Origin: Candidatus Nanosynbacter lyticus
GTDB taxonomy: Bacteria; Patescibacteriota; Saccharimonadia; Saccharimonadales; Saccharimonadaceae
Reading direction: 5' to 3'
NCBI RefSeq assembly: GCF_000803625.1
Contig: NZ_CP007496.1
Location: 330,001 to 362,000 of the forward strand
Length of the DNA: 32,000 bases
Below, piece by piece: positions 8,558 to 18,351 of this stretch. Each line of letters begins with the position of its first letter. Within the stretch, counting starts at the first letter, position 1. Under the pieces are notes generated by a model. The model worked only from the letters and a program-made list of their open reading frames with translations, was not told the origin of the DNA and searched no databases. Made by a program: the position numbers and the translations under genes.

Positions 8558-8956
8558 TTAACGCTTGGAGAATTGTTCGCGCTTGCGGGCGGAACGCAGA
8601 CCGTATTTCTTGCGTTCTTTCTCGCGTGGGTCACGCTTGAGCAGCTCAGCCTTCTTCAGAACTGGGCGCAGATCAGCGTGAGCAGCCGTCAATGCTTTAG
8701 CGATGCCAAGCTTGATGGCGTCAACTTGACCAGCGAGGCCACCACCTTTGACCAAGATGGTAACGTCGTATTCCTTTTGCTTGCTGACGACAGCTAGTGG
8801 GTCGGTCACTTCGGCAAGCAAGGTTTTGTTGCCATCCAGGTACTCAGCGGCTGCTTTGCCGTTGATGGTGATGGTACCCTTGCCAGGAAGCAAGCGAACA
8901 CTTGCTGAAGCACTTTTGCGTCGTCCCAAGCCGTAGAAATAGGTATCAGTAGCCAT
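8558..8956 (-). CDS. rpsI: 30S ribosomal protein S9
   Basis: YFYGLGRRKSASASVRLLPGKGTITING... REKERKKYGLRSARKREQFSKR. Confidence 0.97.
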   Translation of the reverse strand: MATDTYFYGLGRRKSASASVRLLPGKGTITINGKAAAEYLDGNKTLLAEVTDPLAVVSKQKEYDVTILVKGGGLAGQVDAIKLGIAKALTAAHADLRPVLKKAELLKRDPREKERKKYGLRSARKREQFSKR

Positions 8957-8957
8957 A

Positions 8958-9389
8958 TTACTTTACCTCAACTTTCTCTGGGGTTTGTGCTGCGTGAGCA
9001 TGCTCGCTGCCAGCAAATACGCGCAGGCGATTGAGGCGTTCTGCTTGCAATTTGTTCTTTGGCAGCATGCCTTTGACAGCTTCTTCAATAATTCGTTCTG
9101 GGTGGCGTTCACGCATTTCTTTGAACTGCGTTTCTTTGATACCGCCTGGGAAACCACTGTGACGGTAGTAGTACTTGTCAGTTTCCTTGTAGCCAGTAAC
9201 GACGGTGTTTGCAGCGTTGATAACCACGACGTAGTCGCCACCATCAACGTGCGGTGTGTAGGTTGGCTTGTATTTACCAGTCAGATGTTTAGCAATTTCA
9301 GTTGCCAAACGACCGAGTGGCAGCTCGCTTGCGTCAAACAATACCCAGCGGCGAGAAACTTCAGATGGTTTTTGTGAATAAGTCTTCAT
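8958..9389 (-). CDS. rplM: 50S ribosomal protein L13
   Basis: MKTYSQKPSEVSRRWVLFDASELPLGRLATEIAKHLTGKYKPTYTPHVDGGDYVVVINA; track start at 9485 extends into rplQ, true start at 9389. Confidence 0.97.
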   Translation of the reverse strand: MKTYSQKPSEVSRRWVLFDASELPLGRLATEIAKHLTGKYKPTYTPHVDGGDYVVVINAANTVVTGYKETDKYYYRHSGFPGGIKETQFKEMRERHPERIIEEAVKGMLPKNKLQAERLNRLRVFAGSEHAHAAQTPEKVEVK

Positions 9390-9390
9390 C

Positions 9391-9777
9391 TTATTTCTCC
9401 TTCTTTGGCATTGGTTTGATATCGTCGACAAACTCGATGATTGCCATTTGTGCACCGTCGCCAACACGCAAACGTGTTCGTTCAACGCGAACGTGTCCGC
9501 TGGTGCGGCCGCTCAGCTGTGGGGCAATTTCATCAACGAGCTTGTAAGCAGCAGCGCGGGTGCTGAGTGCTGCGATCACCTGGCGGCGGCTGGCTAGATC
9601 GCCTTTCTTCGCCTTGGTGATGATTTTTTCAATGTGGCGCTTCAGCTCTTTGGCTTTCGGCAAGGTGGTCTCGATTTTGCCGTGCTCGACCAGGCTGGTT
9701 GCCAGGCCTCTCAGCAAGGCTCGTCGTTGATCACGCTCACGGCCGAACTTGCGCCCTTGATATCCGTGTCTATGCAT
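9391..9777 (-). CDS. rplQ: 50S ribosomal protein L17
   Basis: MHRHGYQGRKFGRERDQRRALLRGLATSLVEHGKIETTLPKAKEL. Confidence 0.97.
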   Translation of the reverse strand: MHRHGYQGRKFGRERDQRRALLRGLATSLVEHGKIETTLPKAKELKRHIEKIITKAKKGDLASRRQVIAALSTRAAAYKLVDEIAPQLSGRTSGHVRVERTRLRVGDGAQMAIIEFVDDIKPMPKKEK

Positions 9778-9779
9778 AG

Positions 9780-10703
9780 TTAAAACTCCAACTCCGCCAT
9801 CTTGTCGCGTACTTCATCCAGCGCCTTTGAACCAAAGCCTTTCAATTCTCGCAAATCTTGCTCGGTCAAAGTCACCAGGTCGCGAATCGTGCGGATTTCA
9901 TTGTTAATCAGCGCGTTCGTCGTGCGGGCGCTTAGGTTTAATTCTTCAATTGACATAGCCAATTCTGACTCTTCATCATCTTTGGTTGTGCCAAGTGCTG
10001 GCGCACCAGTCACCATGGTGTTGCCTGCTAAAGCTGTGTATTGGTTAACCAGGATTGCCGCTGCTTCTTCAAACGCCTCGCGTGGAGTAACTGTACCGTT
10101 GGTTTCAACGGTAATTGCTAGTTTATCCAAGTTTGTCTCTTGACCAACGCGGGTTGAGTCAACTTTGTAACGAACGCGCAGCACTGGCGAATACATTGCA
10201 TCAATAGCAATCATGTCGCTGTGCAAGCGGTTCTCGCTTGACTCTTCAATTGTCTGGTAACCGCAACCTGCTTCTGCCACCAAATCCATCACCAAATGCT
10301 TGTTTGGATCGTCAATTGTAGCAATTACTTGCTCTGGGTTAACGACTTCAACATCAGCATTTGTCTTGATGTCAGCGGCAGTTACTTCGCCAGCGCCAGA
10401 TTTCTCCAAGCGCAGCTCAACCGGCTCGTCAGTAAACACTCGCAGGTGAACGTTTTTCAGGTTCAGCATGATGTCGACAACATCTTCTTTGATGCCTTCA
10501 ACAGTGGTAAACTCGTGAGTTACGCCCTCAATTTTGAAAGCGACAATCGCACCACCACGAACACTTGATAGCAGAACGCGGCGTAGTGAGTTGCCAAGAG
10601 TATTACCGTAGCCTGGGTGAAGCGGCTCGATTAGAAAAGTAGCACTGGTCGCTGAAATGTCATCAACGCTCGCGAGTGCTGGATTGTAAATTGCTTTTGC
10701 CAT
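9780..10703 (-). CDS. rpoA: RNA polymerase alpha subunit
   Basis: FLIEPLHPGYGNTLGNSLRRVLLSSVRGGAIVAFKIEGVTHEF...; C-terminal LNLSARTTNALINNEIRTIRDLVTLTEQDLRELKGFGSKALDEV. Confidence 0.98.
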   Translation of the reverse strand: MAKAIYNPALASVDDISATSATFLIEPLHPGYGNTLGNSLRRVLLSSVRGGAIVAFKIEGVTHEFTTVEGIKEDVVDIMLNLKNVHLRVFTDEPVELRLEKSGAGEVTAADIKTNADVEVVNPEQVIATIDDPNKHLVMDLVAEAGCGYQTIEESSENRLHSDMIAIDAMYSPVLRVRYKVDSTRVGQETNLDKLAITVETNGTVTPREAFEEAAAILVNQYTALAGNTMVTGAPALGTTKDDEESELAMSIEELNLSARTTNALINNEIRTIRDLVTLTEQDLRELKGFGSKALDEVRDKMAELEF

Positions 10704-10724
10704 AATTCTTCCCTAACCCTTCTT

Positions 10725-11345
10725 TTATCGTGAGTAATACTCAACAATTAATTGCTCGTTGATGTCAGCTTCTGCTTCCTCGCGCTTTGGCAAACCAGTC
10801 ACTTCAATCTTCAGCTTCTTGCTATCGCTCTTTAGCCAGCTCAGTGGGCCTTGGATTGAATTGTTGATTACATCTTCAATGTGCGTAAAGTACTCAGATT
10901 TGGTACTCTTTGGACGAACAGTAATAACGTCACCAGCCTTAACGCGAATCGATGGAATATCGACGCGACGGCCGTTTAGTTCAAAGTGGCCGTGGCTAAC
11001 CAGCTGACGAGCAGCGCGGCGGCTAACAGCGAATCCAGAACGATAAACGACGTTATCCAAGCGGCGCTCCAGCAGCTTCAACAGGTTCTCGCCCGCCAAA
11101 CCTTCTTGGGCGCGCGTTGCTTCATTCATCAGCCGAGCAAACTGCTTTTCAACCAAACCATACAGGCGGCGAACCTTCTGCTTTTCGCGCAGCTGTGTAG
11201 CGTATAGACTTGGCTTATTCTGGCGACCGTGCGCGTGCTGACCTGGAATACCGGATTTTCGTGCCAAAACTTTATGTGCTTTTGGATGAAGCGCATAACC
11301 TTCGCGGCGGCTTTGCTTGACAATCGGTGAATTATCTCGTGCCAT
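10725..11345 (-). CDS. rpsD: 30S ribosomal protein S4
   Basis: RKSGIPGQHAHGRQNKPSLYATQLREKQKVRRLYGLVEKQF. Confidence 0.97.
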   Translation of the reverse strand: MARDNSPIVKQSRREGYALHPKAHKVLARKSGIPGQHAHGRQNKPSLYATQLREKQKVRRLYGLVEKQFARLMNEATRAQEGLAGENLLKLLERRLDNVVYRSGFAVSRRAARQLVSHGHFELNGRRVDIPSIRVKAGDVITVRPKSTKSEYFTHIEDVINNSIQGPLSWLKSDSKKLKIEVTGLPKREEAEADINEQLIVEYYSR

Positions 11346-11347
11346 AA

Positions 11348-11737
11348 TTATGCCCTCCGTACCTTTCGTGGACGAACACCGCCGTGAGGCACGCCAGTTA
11401 CGTCCTTAATGCTTTCTACTGAGATGTCGAAGGCGCCAACCGCACGAATAGCGGCATCACGGCCCAAACCGACACCTTTGACGAAAACGTCAACTGATTT
11501 CAAACCATACTGAGTTTTCGCAGCTTCAGCAGCTTTTTCAGCGGCAACCTGTGAAGCGTAGGCGGTGCCTTTTTTGCTACCACGGAAACCACATGCACCA
11601 GCTGATGAAGCGGTCAACACGTTACCCTTCTTATCGGAAAAAGTAACGATGGTGTTATTAAATGTTGCTTGAATATGCAGCTGACCAGCTGGGACTGATC
11701 GGCGCTGCTTCTTCTTGGTAGATCTTGCGTCTGCCAT
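11348..11737 (-). CDS. rpsK: 30S ribosomal protein S11
   Basis: AGQLHIQATFNNTIVTFSDKKGNVLTASSAGACGFRGSKKGTAYASQVAAE. Confidence 0.97.
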   Translation of the reverse strand: MADARSTKKKQRRSVPAGQLHIQATFNNTIVTFSDKKGNVLTASSAGACGFRGSKKGTAYASQVAAEKAAEAAKTQYGLKSVDVFVKGVGLGRDAAIRAVGAFDISVESIKDVTGVPHGGVRPRKVRRA

Positions 11738-11752
11738 TTCTTAGTCCTTTCT

Positions 11753-12139
11753 TTAGGTCTTACTTGCTGCTTTTGGTTGTGTACCGCCCACGGCGATGGC
11801 GCGACCCTTGCGAGTTCGTGCATTCGTACGAGTCCGCTGTCCGCGTGTCGGCAGTCCTGCTTTGTGGCGAAGACCGCGATAGGCGTTGATATCCTTCAAG
11901 CGCTTAATGTTGTTAGTTACCAAGCGCTGGAGATCACCTTCGACGGTGTATTCGCTGTCGATAATTTCGCGAATCTTGTTTTCTTCAGCCTCGGTGAGAT
12001 CTTTCACCCGAGTGGTCGGCTCAATCTTAGCCGCCGCAAGGATGCTCGAAGCGTGCTTTGGCCCAATCCCATAAATATAGGTGAGCGCGATTTGCACCTG
12101 CTTCTCTGTTGGGATAACTACCCCAGCAATTCGAGCCAT
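11753..12139 (-). CDS. rpsM: 30S ribosomal protein S13
   Basis: [26 protein letters not shown]... [24 protein letters not shown]. Confidence 0.97.
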   Translation of the reverse strand: MARIAGVVIPTEKQVQIALTYIYGIGPKHASSILAAAKIEPTTRVKDLTEAEENKIREIIDSEYTVEGDLQRLVTNNIKRLKDINAYRGLRHKAGLPTRGQRTRTNARTRKGRAIAVGGTQPKAASKT

Positions 12140-12141
12140 GC

Positions 12142-12258
12142 TTAACCCTGCCTTTGCTTGTTCTTAGGTTTTTTCTTGTTGATGACGTACAACCGACCTT
12201 TACGGCGGACGAACTTGTCATCGGGGCTGATTTTTTTCACACCTGCACGAACTTTCAT
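12142..12258 (-). CDS. rpmJ: 50S ribosomal protein L36 (cysteine-free form)
   Basis: Hand translation [38 protein letters not shown]; below ORF-track length cutoff; canonical position between infA and rpsM. Confidence 0.93.
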   Translation of the reverse strand: MKVRAGVKKISPDDKFVRRKGRLYVINKKKPKNKQRQG

Positions 12259-12312
12259 AAAGTGCTCAAATCTCCCTTCCCGAGTAAACCCGAGATTAAC
12301 GTTAATATTTGA

Positions 12313-12558
12313 CTACCGGCCCTGCTGGGGTCGATCGTCACGTAGGCGGAAGCTGATTCGTCCCTTTGTAAGATCGTAAGGGGTCATCTCAACCTCAACC
12401 TTATCACCAGGCACCAGGCGAATATAGTGCTTGCGCATTCGTCCTGAAATGTGCGCGATGATACTATGGCCATTCTCCAGTTCCACCCTAAATTGAGTAT
12501 TAGGCAGTGCTTCCACTACCTTTCCTACCATTTTGATGACTTCCTTTTGACTCGCCAT
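12313..12558 (-). CDS. infA: Translation initiation factor IF-1
   Basis: [71 protein letters not shown]. Confidence 0.97.
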   Translation of the reverse strand: MASQKEVIKMVGKVVEALPNTQFRVELENGHSIIAHISGRMRKHYIRLVPGDKVEVEMTPYDLTKGRISFRLRDDRPQQGR

Positions 12559-12606
12559 AAGTTACAGTTGTCAATTATACAGCACGCAGCGCAGTTTGAC
12601 AAGGGG

Positions 12607-12631
12607 TATTTCCATAAATTTATGTGCTATA
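12607..12631. repeat. 25-bp direct repeat, left copy, flanking cop cassette
   Basis: TATTTCCATAAATTTATGTGCTATA, identical to 15590-15614. Confidence 0.92.
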
Positions 12632-12649
12632 TGTATTATCTCACAACAT
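12629..12649. repeat. 21-nt internal direct repeat, left copy
   Basis: ATATGTATTATCTCACAACAT vs ATATGTGTTATCTCACAACAT at 15570-15590 (one mismatch). Confidence 0.85.
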
Positions 12650-12752
12650 TTCTTAGAATAGACTTTTTAAGTTTTTTATATCATTTCTACAAGTTTGTAA
12701 ATTGCTATTTATAAATTATAATATTGTAAACTTCAACCTATTTTTTAAAATT

Positions 12753-14999
12753 CTATTTAACTTTAAAAAATTTCAATCTTAAAGCATTACCCAAAACAGA
12801 TACTGAACTAAATGACATTGCAAAAGCCGCTATCATCGGATCCAATTTTGGTCCATTGAAAAATGCATAAAATATTCCAGCGGCAAATGGTATTCCAAGT
12901 ACGTTATAAAAGAATGCCCAAAATAGATTTTCCTTTATATTTGTGATTGTTGCTTTACTTAATGCTATTGAACCCGCAACATCTCTCAAATCGTTTCTAA
13001 TTAAGACGATATCAGCGGATTCTATAGCAACATCCGTTCCATTTCCTATCGCAATTCCAACGTTTGCTTGAGCAAGTGCTGGTGAATCGTTAATTCCGTC
13101 TCCAACCATTGCAACAAATTCATCTCTTTCCTGAAGTTCCTTTACTTTTTGAGATTTCTGATAAGGCAGCACTTCTGAAATTACATCATCTATTCCCACT
13201 TGTTTTGCGATAAATTTGGCAATTTTTTCGTTATCTCCAGTTAGCATTACTGTCTTGATTCTCATTTTTTTCAGTTTTTCTATAGCTTCCTTGCTTGTTT
13301 CCTTGATAACGTCTGCAACTGCAACAAGTCCCGCCAATTCGTTATCAATCGAAATGTACATTGGCGTTTTTCCTTCATTCAACAAAATATCATAATCTTT
13401 TTGAGAAATTTCTACATTGATTTTTCGATTTTCCATCAATTTTCTATTTCCAATTTGAACTTCCTTGCCTTCAAATGCTGCACGAATACCGTAACCTGGC
13501 ATTGCCCTAAATTTTTCATACGGCTTAATTTCAATATTTTTCTCTTTTGCTTTGTTTACGATTGCTTCTGCCAATGGATGCTCTGAATCATTTTCCACAC
13601 TTGCAGCAATTTTTAACAATTCATTTTCATTATATTTCCCATAAGCAATCAAATTAGTAAGTATAGGCTTTCCTTTCGTAATCGTACCAGTCTTGTCAAA
13701 TACAACTGTTTTTATTTTGTATGCTGTTTCAAGAGCTTCCCCGCTTTTTATAAGAATACCGTTTTCAGCCCCTTTTCCAGTTCCAACCATTATTGATGTA
13801 GGTGTTGCAAGTCCCAATGCACACGGACACGCAATTACAAGTACAGCGATGAAAAACGACAATGCAGTAACCAATCCACTTCCACTTAGAAACCAAGCAA
13901 TTCCTGCAATTATCGCAATCCCAATAACAATCGGCACAAAATATGCCGACACAATGTCTGCCATTCTAGAGATAGGAGCCTTTGACCCCTGTGCCTCCTC
14001 AACCAGCTTTATAATTTGTGACAAAACTGTATTTTTACCAATTTCAGTCGCCTCAAATCTGATACTTCCATTTTTATTTATACTTCCGCCAACAACCTTA
14101 TCTCCAACTTTTTTGCTTACTGGCAAACTTTCTCCTGTCAACATTGACTCATCAACAGAAGTCGCCCCTTCCACAATTCTTCCATCCACCGCAATTTTTT
14201 CTCCCGGCTTCACAATAACAATATCTCCAACTTTCAAGTTTTCAATCAGAACTTCCTTTTCCGCTCCATTTTCAATAATTTTAGCCTTTTTAGGTTGAAG
14301 TCCGATAAGTTTTTTTATTGCCGATGAAGTTTGACCTTTTGTTTTTGCCTCCAGCAGTTTTCCAAACAAGATTAACGTAATAATTGCACCAGCCGACTCA
14401 TAATATAAATCCATATGTGCTTCAGGGTCTACAATTACAATTCCAAAAGTTGCGTAAATTCCATAGAGTACCGCCGCCGTTGACCCAATAGCAATTAATG
14501 AATCCATTGTTGGAGATTTTCTTACTAAATTTTTAAATCCATGTGAAAAAAAATCTCTCCCAGCATAAATAATAGGCAAAGTCAACACAAACTGTGCCAA
14601 CGCAAAATTAAGCGGATTTACCTTAGGATTCAAAAATTCAGGAAGTACTGCCCCAAGCATATGCCCCATCGAAATATACAAAAGTGGAACAACAAAAATA
14701 ACTGCTAAAATTAATCGATTTTTCAAACTTATTATTTTTTCTTGATAAAGTTCCACCTTTTTATCTTCTGTCATATCCTCAGCCAGTCCATACCCAGCCG
14801 ACTCCACTATTTCCCTAATTTTATCAAAATTGTACTTCTTCTCATCATATTCAATATTCAATTTTTCAGTTGCAAAATTAACTGAAGCGTTAATATCATT
14901 ATTTTTATTAAGTGCCTTTTCCACAGCATTGGCACAAGATGCACAGCTCATTCCGGTTACTGTATAGTTTTTTTCTGCCATAATCTTTTCTTCCTTCAT
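12753..14999 (-). CDS. copA: Copper/heavy-metal P1B-type ATPase, CopA-like
   Basis: Single N-terminal HMA domain ([15 protein letters not shown]), CPC motif ([15 protein letters not shown]), [29 protein letters not shown]. Visibly more AT-rich than flanking genes. Translation may begin at the internal MAEKNYTV. Confidence 0.95.
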   Translation of the reverse strand: MKEEKIMAEKNYTVTGMSCASCANAVEKALNKNNDINASVNFATEKLNIEYDEKKYNFDKIREIVESAGYGLAEDMTEDKKVELYQEKIISLKNRLILAVIFVVPLLYISMGHMLGAVLPEFLNPKVNPLNFALAQFVLTLPIIYAGRDFFSHGFKNLVRKSPTMDSLIAIGSTAAVLYGIYATFGIVIVDPEAHMDLYYESAGAIITLILFGKLLEAKTKGQTSSAIKKLIGLQPKKAKIIENGAEKEVLIENLKVGDIVIVKPGEKIAVDGRIVEGATSVDESMLTGESLPVSKKVGDKVVGGSINKNGSIRFEATEIGKNTVLSQIIKLVEEAQGSKAPISRMADIVSAYFVPIVIGIAIIAGIAWFLSGSGLVTALSFFIAVLVIACPCALGLATPTSIMVGTGKGAENGILIKSGEALETAYKIKTVVFDKTGTITKGKPILTNLIAYGKYNENELLKIAASVENDSEHPLAEAIVNKAKEKNIEIKPYEKFRAMPGYGIRAAFEGKEVQIGNRKLMENRKINVEISQKDYDILLNEGKTPMYISIDNELAGLVAVADVIKETSKEAIEKLKKMRIKTVMLTGDNEKIAKFIAKQVGIDDVISEVLPYQKSQKVKELQERDEFVAMVGDGINDSPALAQANVGIAIGNGTDVAIESADIVLIRNDLRDVAGSIALSKATITNIKENLFWAFFYNVLGIPFAAGIFYAFFNGPKLDPMIAAFAMSFSSVSVLGNALRLKFFKVK

Positions 15000-15014
15000 T
15001 TAGTACACCATATC

Positions 15015-15482
15015 TTAAATATGCTTATGTCCGCTATGTTCGCAATTACACTGCCCCTCCACACAATCACACGAAACTTCTCCCATAGCCGTCTTCCTCT
15101 TTTCCTCAACAGCCTTTAAAATCAGATCCAAGTCGTCAAAACTCAGTTCACTGTTCTCAATAACTTTCCCTATCATTTCTCCAACTTTCGTTTTACAAAT
15201 TTTATCAAAAGTTCCTAATATATAACTGTTAGCAACTTCCTTTTCTGTAAAATCTGTCGAATAAATATACTTGTTCCCAATTTCCTTCTTTTTCAAAATA
15301 TTCTTTTTCAGCAGCCGATTCAACAGCGCCTTTATTGTAGCCTGTTTCCAGTTCATTTTCTCACAAAGCACCTCTGTCACAAACTTGCTCGTAACTTCGC
15401 TATTTGCCCACACAACTCGCATTACTTCCCATTCTGCATCGGTTATATGCTGTTTTTTATCGATTCTGCAATTTTCTTTCAC
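15015..15482 (-). CDS. copY: CopY-type (BlaI/MecI family) copper-responsive repressor
   Basis: ITDAEWEVMRVVWANSEVTSKFVTEVL winged-helix; C-terminal CDCVEGQCNC matches CopY CxCx4CxC motif; directly upstream of copA. Confidence 0.92.
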   Translation of the reverse strand: MKENCRIDKKQHITDAEWEVMRVVWANSEVTSKFVTEVLCEKMNWKQATIKALLNRLLKKNILKKKEIGNKYIYSTDFTEKEVANSYILGTFDKICKTKVGEMIGKVIENSELSFDDLDLILKAVEEKRKTAMGEVSCDCVEGQCNCEHSGHKHI

Positions 15483-15500
15483 ATTCTTACCTCCTTTAAT

Positions 15501-15547
15501 GTTTACGTTTGTAATCTTTTTACATTATATAGTTTACAACAGTAATC
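15501..15547 (-). promoter_or_regulatory. copYA promoter with two cop-box-like operators
   Basis: Minus strand GATTACTGTTGTAAAC (15532-15547) and GATTACAAACGTAAAC (15501-15516), with TATAAT between them; each inner 12-mer is one mismatch from TTACANNTGTAA. Confidence 0.8.
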
Positions 15548-15569
15548 GTTTTTTGTATATTCTTGTCAC

Positions 15570-15590
15570 ATATGTGTTATCTCACAACAT
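15570..15590. repeat. 21-nt internal direct repeat, right copy
   Basis: ATATGTGTTATCTCACAACAT; pairs with 12629-12649. Confidence 0.85.
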
Positions 15591-15614
15591 ATTTCCATAA
15601 ATTTATGTGCTATA
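15590..15614. repeat. 25-bp direct repeat, right copy, flanking cop cassette
   Basis: TATTTCCATAAATTTATGTGCTATA, identical to 12607-12631. Confidence 0.92.
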
Positions 15615-15646
15615 CTTGAGCTATCAAATTTAACATAAGGATTTTT

Positions 15647-16222
15647 ATGGCAAGTACGAAAAATCGGACAAAGTCTCAAACAAAAAAATCACAAGTTGAG
15701 CTGCTGGTGCCCGTTTTGATTGGTGTGATAGCAGTGTTGATGCTGATTGTTGGTTGTTTGGTGTGGAAATTGAACTGTCAATCACCACACAAACCATACG
15801 CAGCGACGGAAAAGATTGGCAGCGGCTTCGTGAGTTTGGGCTCATTGGGCTTTCGTTTTGAGGGAAATAGGGCGATCGCTCGGCACGACGCGTCCGTAAA
15901 AGAAATTCGTGAGTTTCTGAAAAAAGAAAATGAGCGATCAGGTTGCAAAGATAACAATGGTGCGGTCAGCGTAATTGTAAATACTCAAGACGAGAAGCAG
16001 TTGCTGCTTGGATATGGTTGCGGCAGTACAGCTGCGCGAATGTTTGCAGTTAAGAAGGAAGATGGATGGAAAGCAATTTCACCGACTAATCAGTTTAATC
16101 TGCTTGATATTCCAAGCTGCAAAATGACTGATGAGAATAATATTAGTAAGGAAATCGCGCCAGTCTGTCAAAACGAGAAAAAAGATGGCGATAATCTATC
16201 TTACGATTACAGGCTACGCTAG
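15647..16222 (+). CDS. Hypothetical exported/membrane-anchored protein
   Basis: 191 aa; N-terminal basic stretch followed by ELLVPVLIGVIAVLMLIVGCLVW; no recognised domain. Confidence 0.65.
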   Translation: MASTKNRTKSQTKKSQVELLVPVLIGVIAVLMLIVGCLVWKLNCQSPHKPYAATEKIGSGFVSLGSLGFRFEGNRAIARHDASVKEIREFLKKENERSGCKDNNGAVSVIVNTQDEKQLLLGYGCGSTAARMFAVKKEDGWKAISPTNQFNLLDIPSCKMTDENNISKEIAPVCQNEKKDGDNLSYDYRLR

Positions 16223-16241
16223 AATATTTTATAAAATAATT

Positions 16242-16267
16242 CCCCGCTTTATCGGCGGGGATTTTTT
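16242..16267 (+). terminator. Intrinsic terminator between convergent 15647 gene and secY
   Basis: CCCCGC-TTTATCG-GCGGGG-ATTTTTT. Confidence 0.75.
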
Positions 16268-16274
16268 ATGGTAA

Positions 16275-17747
16275 TTATTTTTTCTTAAACAAGCGGCGTT
16301 TTTTAGACTTTTTACCATTGTCGAGCAGCTCATCTGGGTCAAAGTCATCATAGGTGACCATCAATGCTCGTGAGTTAATCTGCCTTAAGGTCTCAAGACC
16401 AACCGACACAATAATCAAGATTCCGGTACCGCCAATTGATAGGCGCAAGCCGTGCAAACCCGTCAAATGATATGTCAGATATTCAGCGACGAATGGTAGA
16501 ATCGCTACAATTCCCAGAACAATTGAGCCAAACAGAATCAAGCGATTAACGGTTTTTGTAAGGTACTTCTCAGTCTGAGCGCCCGGCCGAACACCCTCGA
16601 TGAAGCCGCCTTGCTTTTGTAAGTTTTCAGCGATTTCATTAGCATTAAAGACGATGCCAGTGTAGAAATACGTGAAGGCGATGACTAAGAGGAAGTATAG
16701 CGTTGGATAGATGAATGCCTCAGTAGTGCTGCCTGTAAATGAGCCAGCGCTTGGCGCTTGGAACCAGGTGATAAGCTTGTCGGCTGTTGGCAGGAGATTG
16801 GTATTACCAGATGCTTTCATGACTTGACCAACAAACTGTGGCAAGCTAAGAAACGCAACTGCAAAGATAACTGGGATAACGCCAGCTGCAATCAGCTTGA
16901 CTGGCAGAATGCTTTTTACGTCGCCATAGTTGCTATTGCCATGAACGCGTTTAGCATAATTGATAGTAATAACACGCTGCGCTTCGTTGATTTTCACCAG
17001 GAAGTATAGAACGATGAGTCCCGCAATAGACATGATAAGCACTGTCCAGAACATAGTCGGGTTAAGAGGTAGCGTAAACCAATTAAATACGTTTAAGCTG
17101 CCTGATGAAGTGTCGAGCAGCGAAGAAATGAGCGACGCAAGCATTTGCGGTAGCTGGCTAATAATTCCGGCAAAAATTACGATAGAAATACCGTTACCAA
17201 TACCTTGCTCTGTAATCAATTCACCTAGCCACATCAACAGAACCGAGCCAGCGGTCATGGCTGTAACCGACACAATCCATTCCATTGCTGTTGGATCAGC
17301 TAGTGTTGTTGAGCCACCTTGAAGAACTGTTTGGCGCAGAATAAAAATGAAGGCAATTGACTGAACGATAGCCAACGGAACGGTAATCATGCGTGTCCAT
17401 TGCTGAATTTTACGGCGACCAGTCTCGCCGTCCTTGTGAAGTTCTTCTAGCTTCGGAATTGCTTTAGTTAATAGCTGAATGATGATGCTGGCGGTAATAA
17501 ATGGACTAAGCCCGACCAACACTAAAGAAAAGCTTGATAGTGCGCCGCCAGAAAGCAGGTTCAAAATTCCACCCAAATCAGTCTGTCCGAGCACTGATGA
17601 AATCGCGTTACGTAGCTGGGTTGGTTCAGCCAATGGCACTGGGATGTGTGCCAATAATCTGTAGACGACGATTATTCCGACAACGATTAATAATCGCTTT
17701 TGCATGTCTTTATTTTTTAGCGAGCGGAAAATTATTCTCCAATTCAT
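16275..17747 (-). CDS. secY: Preprotein translocase subunit SecY
   Basis: RLLIVVGIIVVYRLLAHIPVP, GIGNGISIVIFAGI, long multi-TM protein. Confidence 0.97.
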   Translation of the reverse strand: MNWRIIFRSLKNKDMQKRLLIVVGIIVVYRLLAHIPVPLAEPTQLRNAISSVLGQTDLGGILNLLSGGALSSFSLVLVGLSPFITASIIIQLLTKAIPKLEELHKDGETGRRKIQQWTRMITVPLAIVQSIAFIFILRQTVLQGGSTTLADPTAMEWIVSVTAMTAGSVLLMWLGELITEQGIGNGISIVIFAGIISQLPQMLASLISSLLDTSSGSLNVFNWFTLPLNPTMFWTVLIMSIAGLIVLYFLVKINEAQRVITINYAKRVHGNSNYGDVKSILPVKLIAAGVIPVIFAVAFLSLPQFVGQVMKASGNTNLLPTADKLITWFQAPSAGSFTGSTTEAFIYPTLYFLLVIAFTYFYTGIVFNANEIAENLQKQGGFIEGVRPGAQTEKYLTKTVNRLILFGSIVLGIVAILPFVAEYLTYHLTGLHGLRLSIGGTGILIIVSVGLETLRQINSRALMVTYDDFDPDELLDNGKKSKKRRLFKKK

Positions 17748-17828
17748 GTTTTAGCCCCTCATAGTCTCTAACAATTCTTAACTCTGTTAATTATACATTA
17801 CCACAACTAATATTTCCATACCGAAATA

Positions 17829-17860
17829 AAGAATCCCCTTATTCTATAGAGGGGATTCTT
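17829..17860 (-). terminator. Hairpin downstream of rplO, upstream of secY
   Basis: AAGAATCCCC...GGGGATTCTT inverted repeat. Confidence 0.55.
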
Positions 17861-17877
17861 GTGCTTGATGAGAATAT

Positions 17878-18351
17878 TTATTTCTCTTCAGTTTCTTTTA
17901 TGCTTTGACGCAGTGGTGTCGCGACTTTTTCAAATGAGCCGCCGGCTTTTTCAATCGCTATAACGACTGAAGCGGAAGCAGCCTGCACTTTCAAGTCAAC
18001 CTTGGCTTTCAATTCACCGCGAGCGATCACCTTGACCGTGTGGAACGGCGTGGCGATGTAGCCTTCGGTAAACAGCAGCGCGTTGTCGACGGTTTTGCCG
18101 TCAAAGGCGTTCAAGTGGTCGAGGTAGACTACCTGAGCTGGTGTGCGCAAGCTCTTGAAGCCGCGAGCTTTTGGTACAGCCTGAGCCAGTGGGCGCTGAC
18201 CACCCTGGAACATAGCGCGAAGCTTTTTACCAGTGCGGGCGTTCTGACCTTTGGTACCACGACCAGCGGTTTTACCCTGGCCAGCAGCGATACCGCGGCC
18301 AACGCGCTTTTTATTCTTGTTTGCTGAAACTTGGAGATCGTTGTATTTCAT
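17878..18351 (-). CDS. rplO: 50S ribosomal protein L15
   Basis: KRVGRGIAAGQGKTAGRGTKGQNARTG. Confidence 0.97.
   Translation of the reverse strand: MKYNDLQVSANKNKKRVGRGIAAGQGKTAGRGTKGQNARTGKKLRAMFQGGQRPLAQAVPKARGFKSLRTPAQVVYLDHLNAFDGKTVDNALLFTEGYIATPFHTVKVIARGELKAKVDLKVQAASASVVIAIEKAGGSFEKVATPLRQSIKETEEK

Noticed and set aside
12632-15589. cop cassette as an IS-type composite transposon
   Set aside because: No transposase and no IS ends; a 25-bp direct repeat is longer than typical IS target duplications, so the mechanism is left open.
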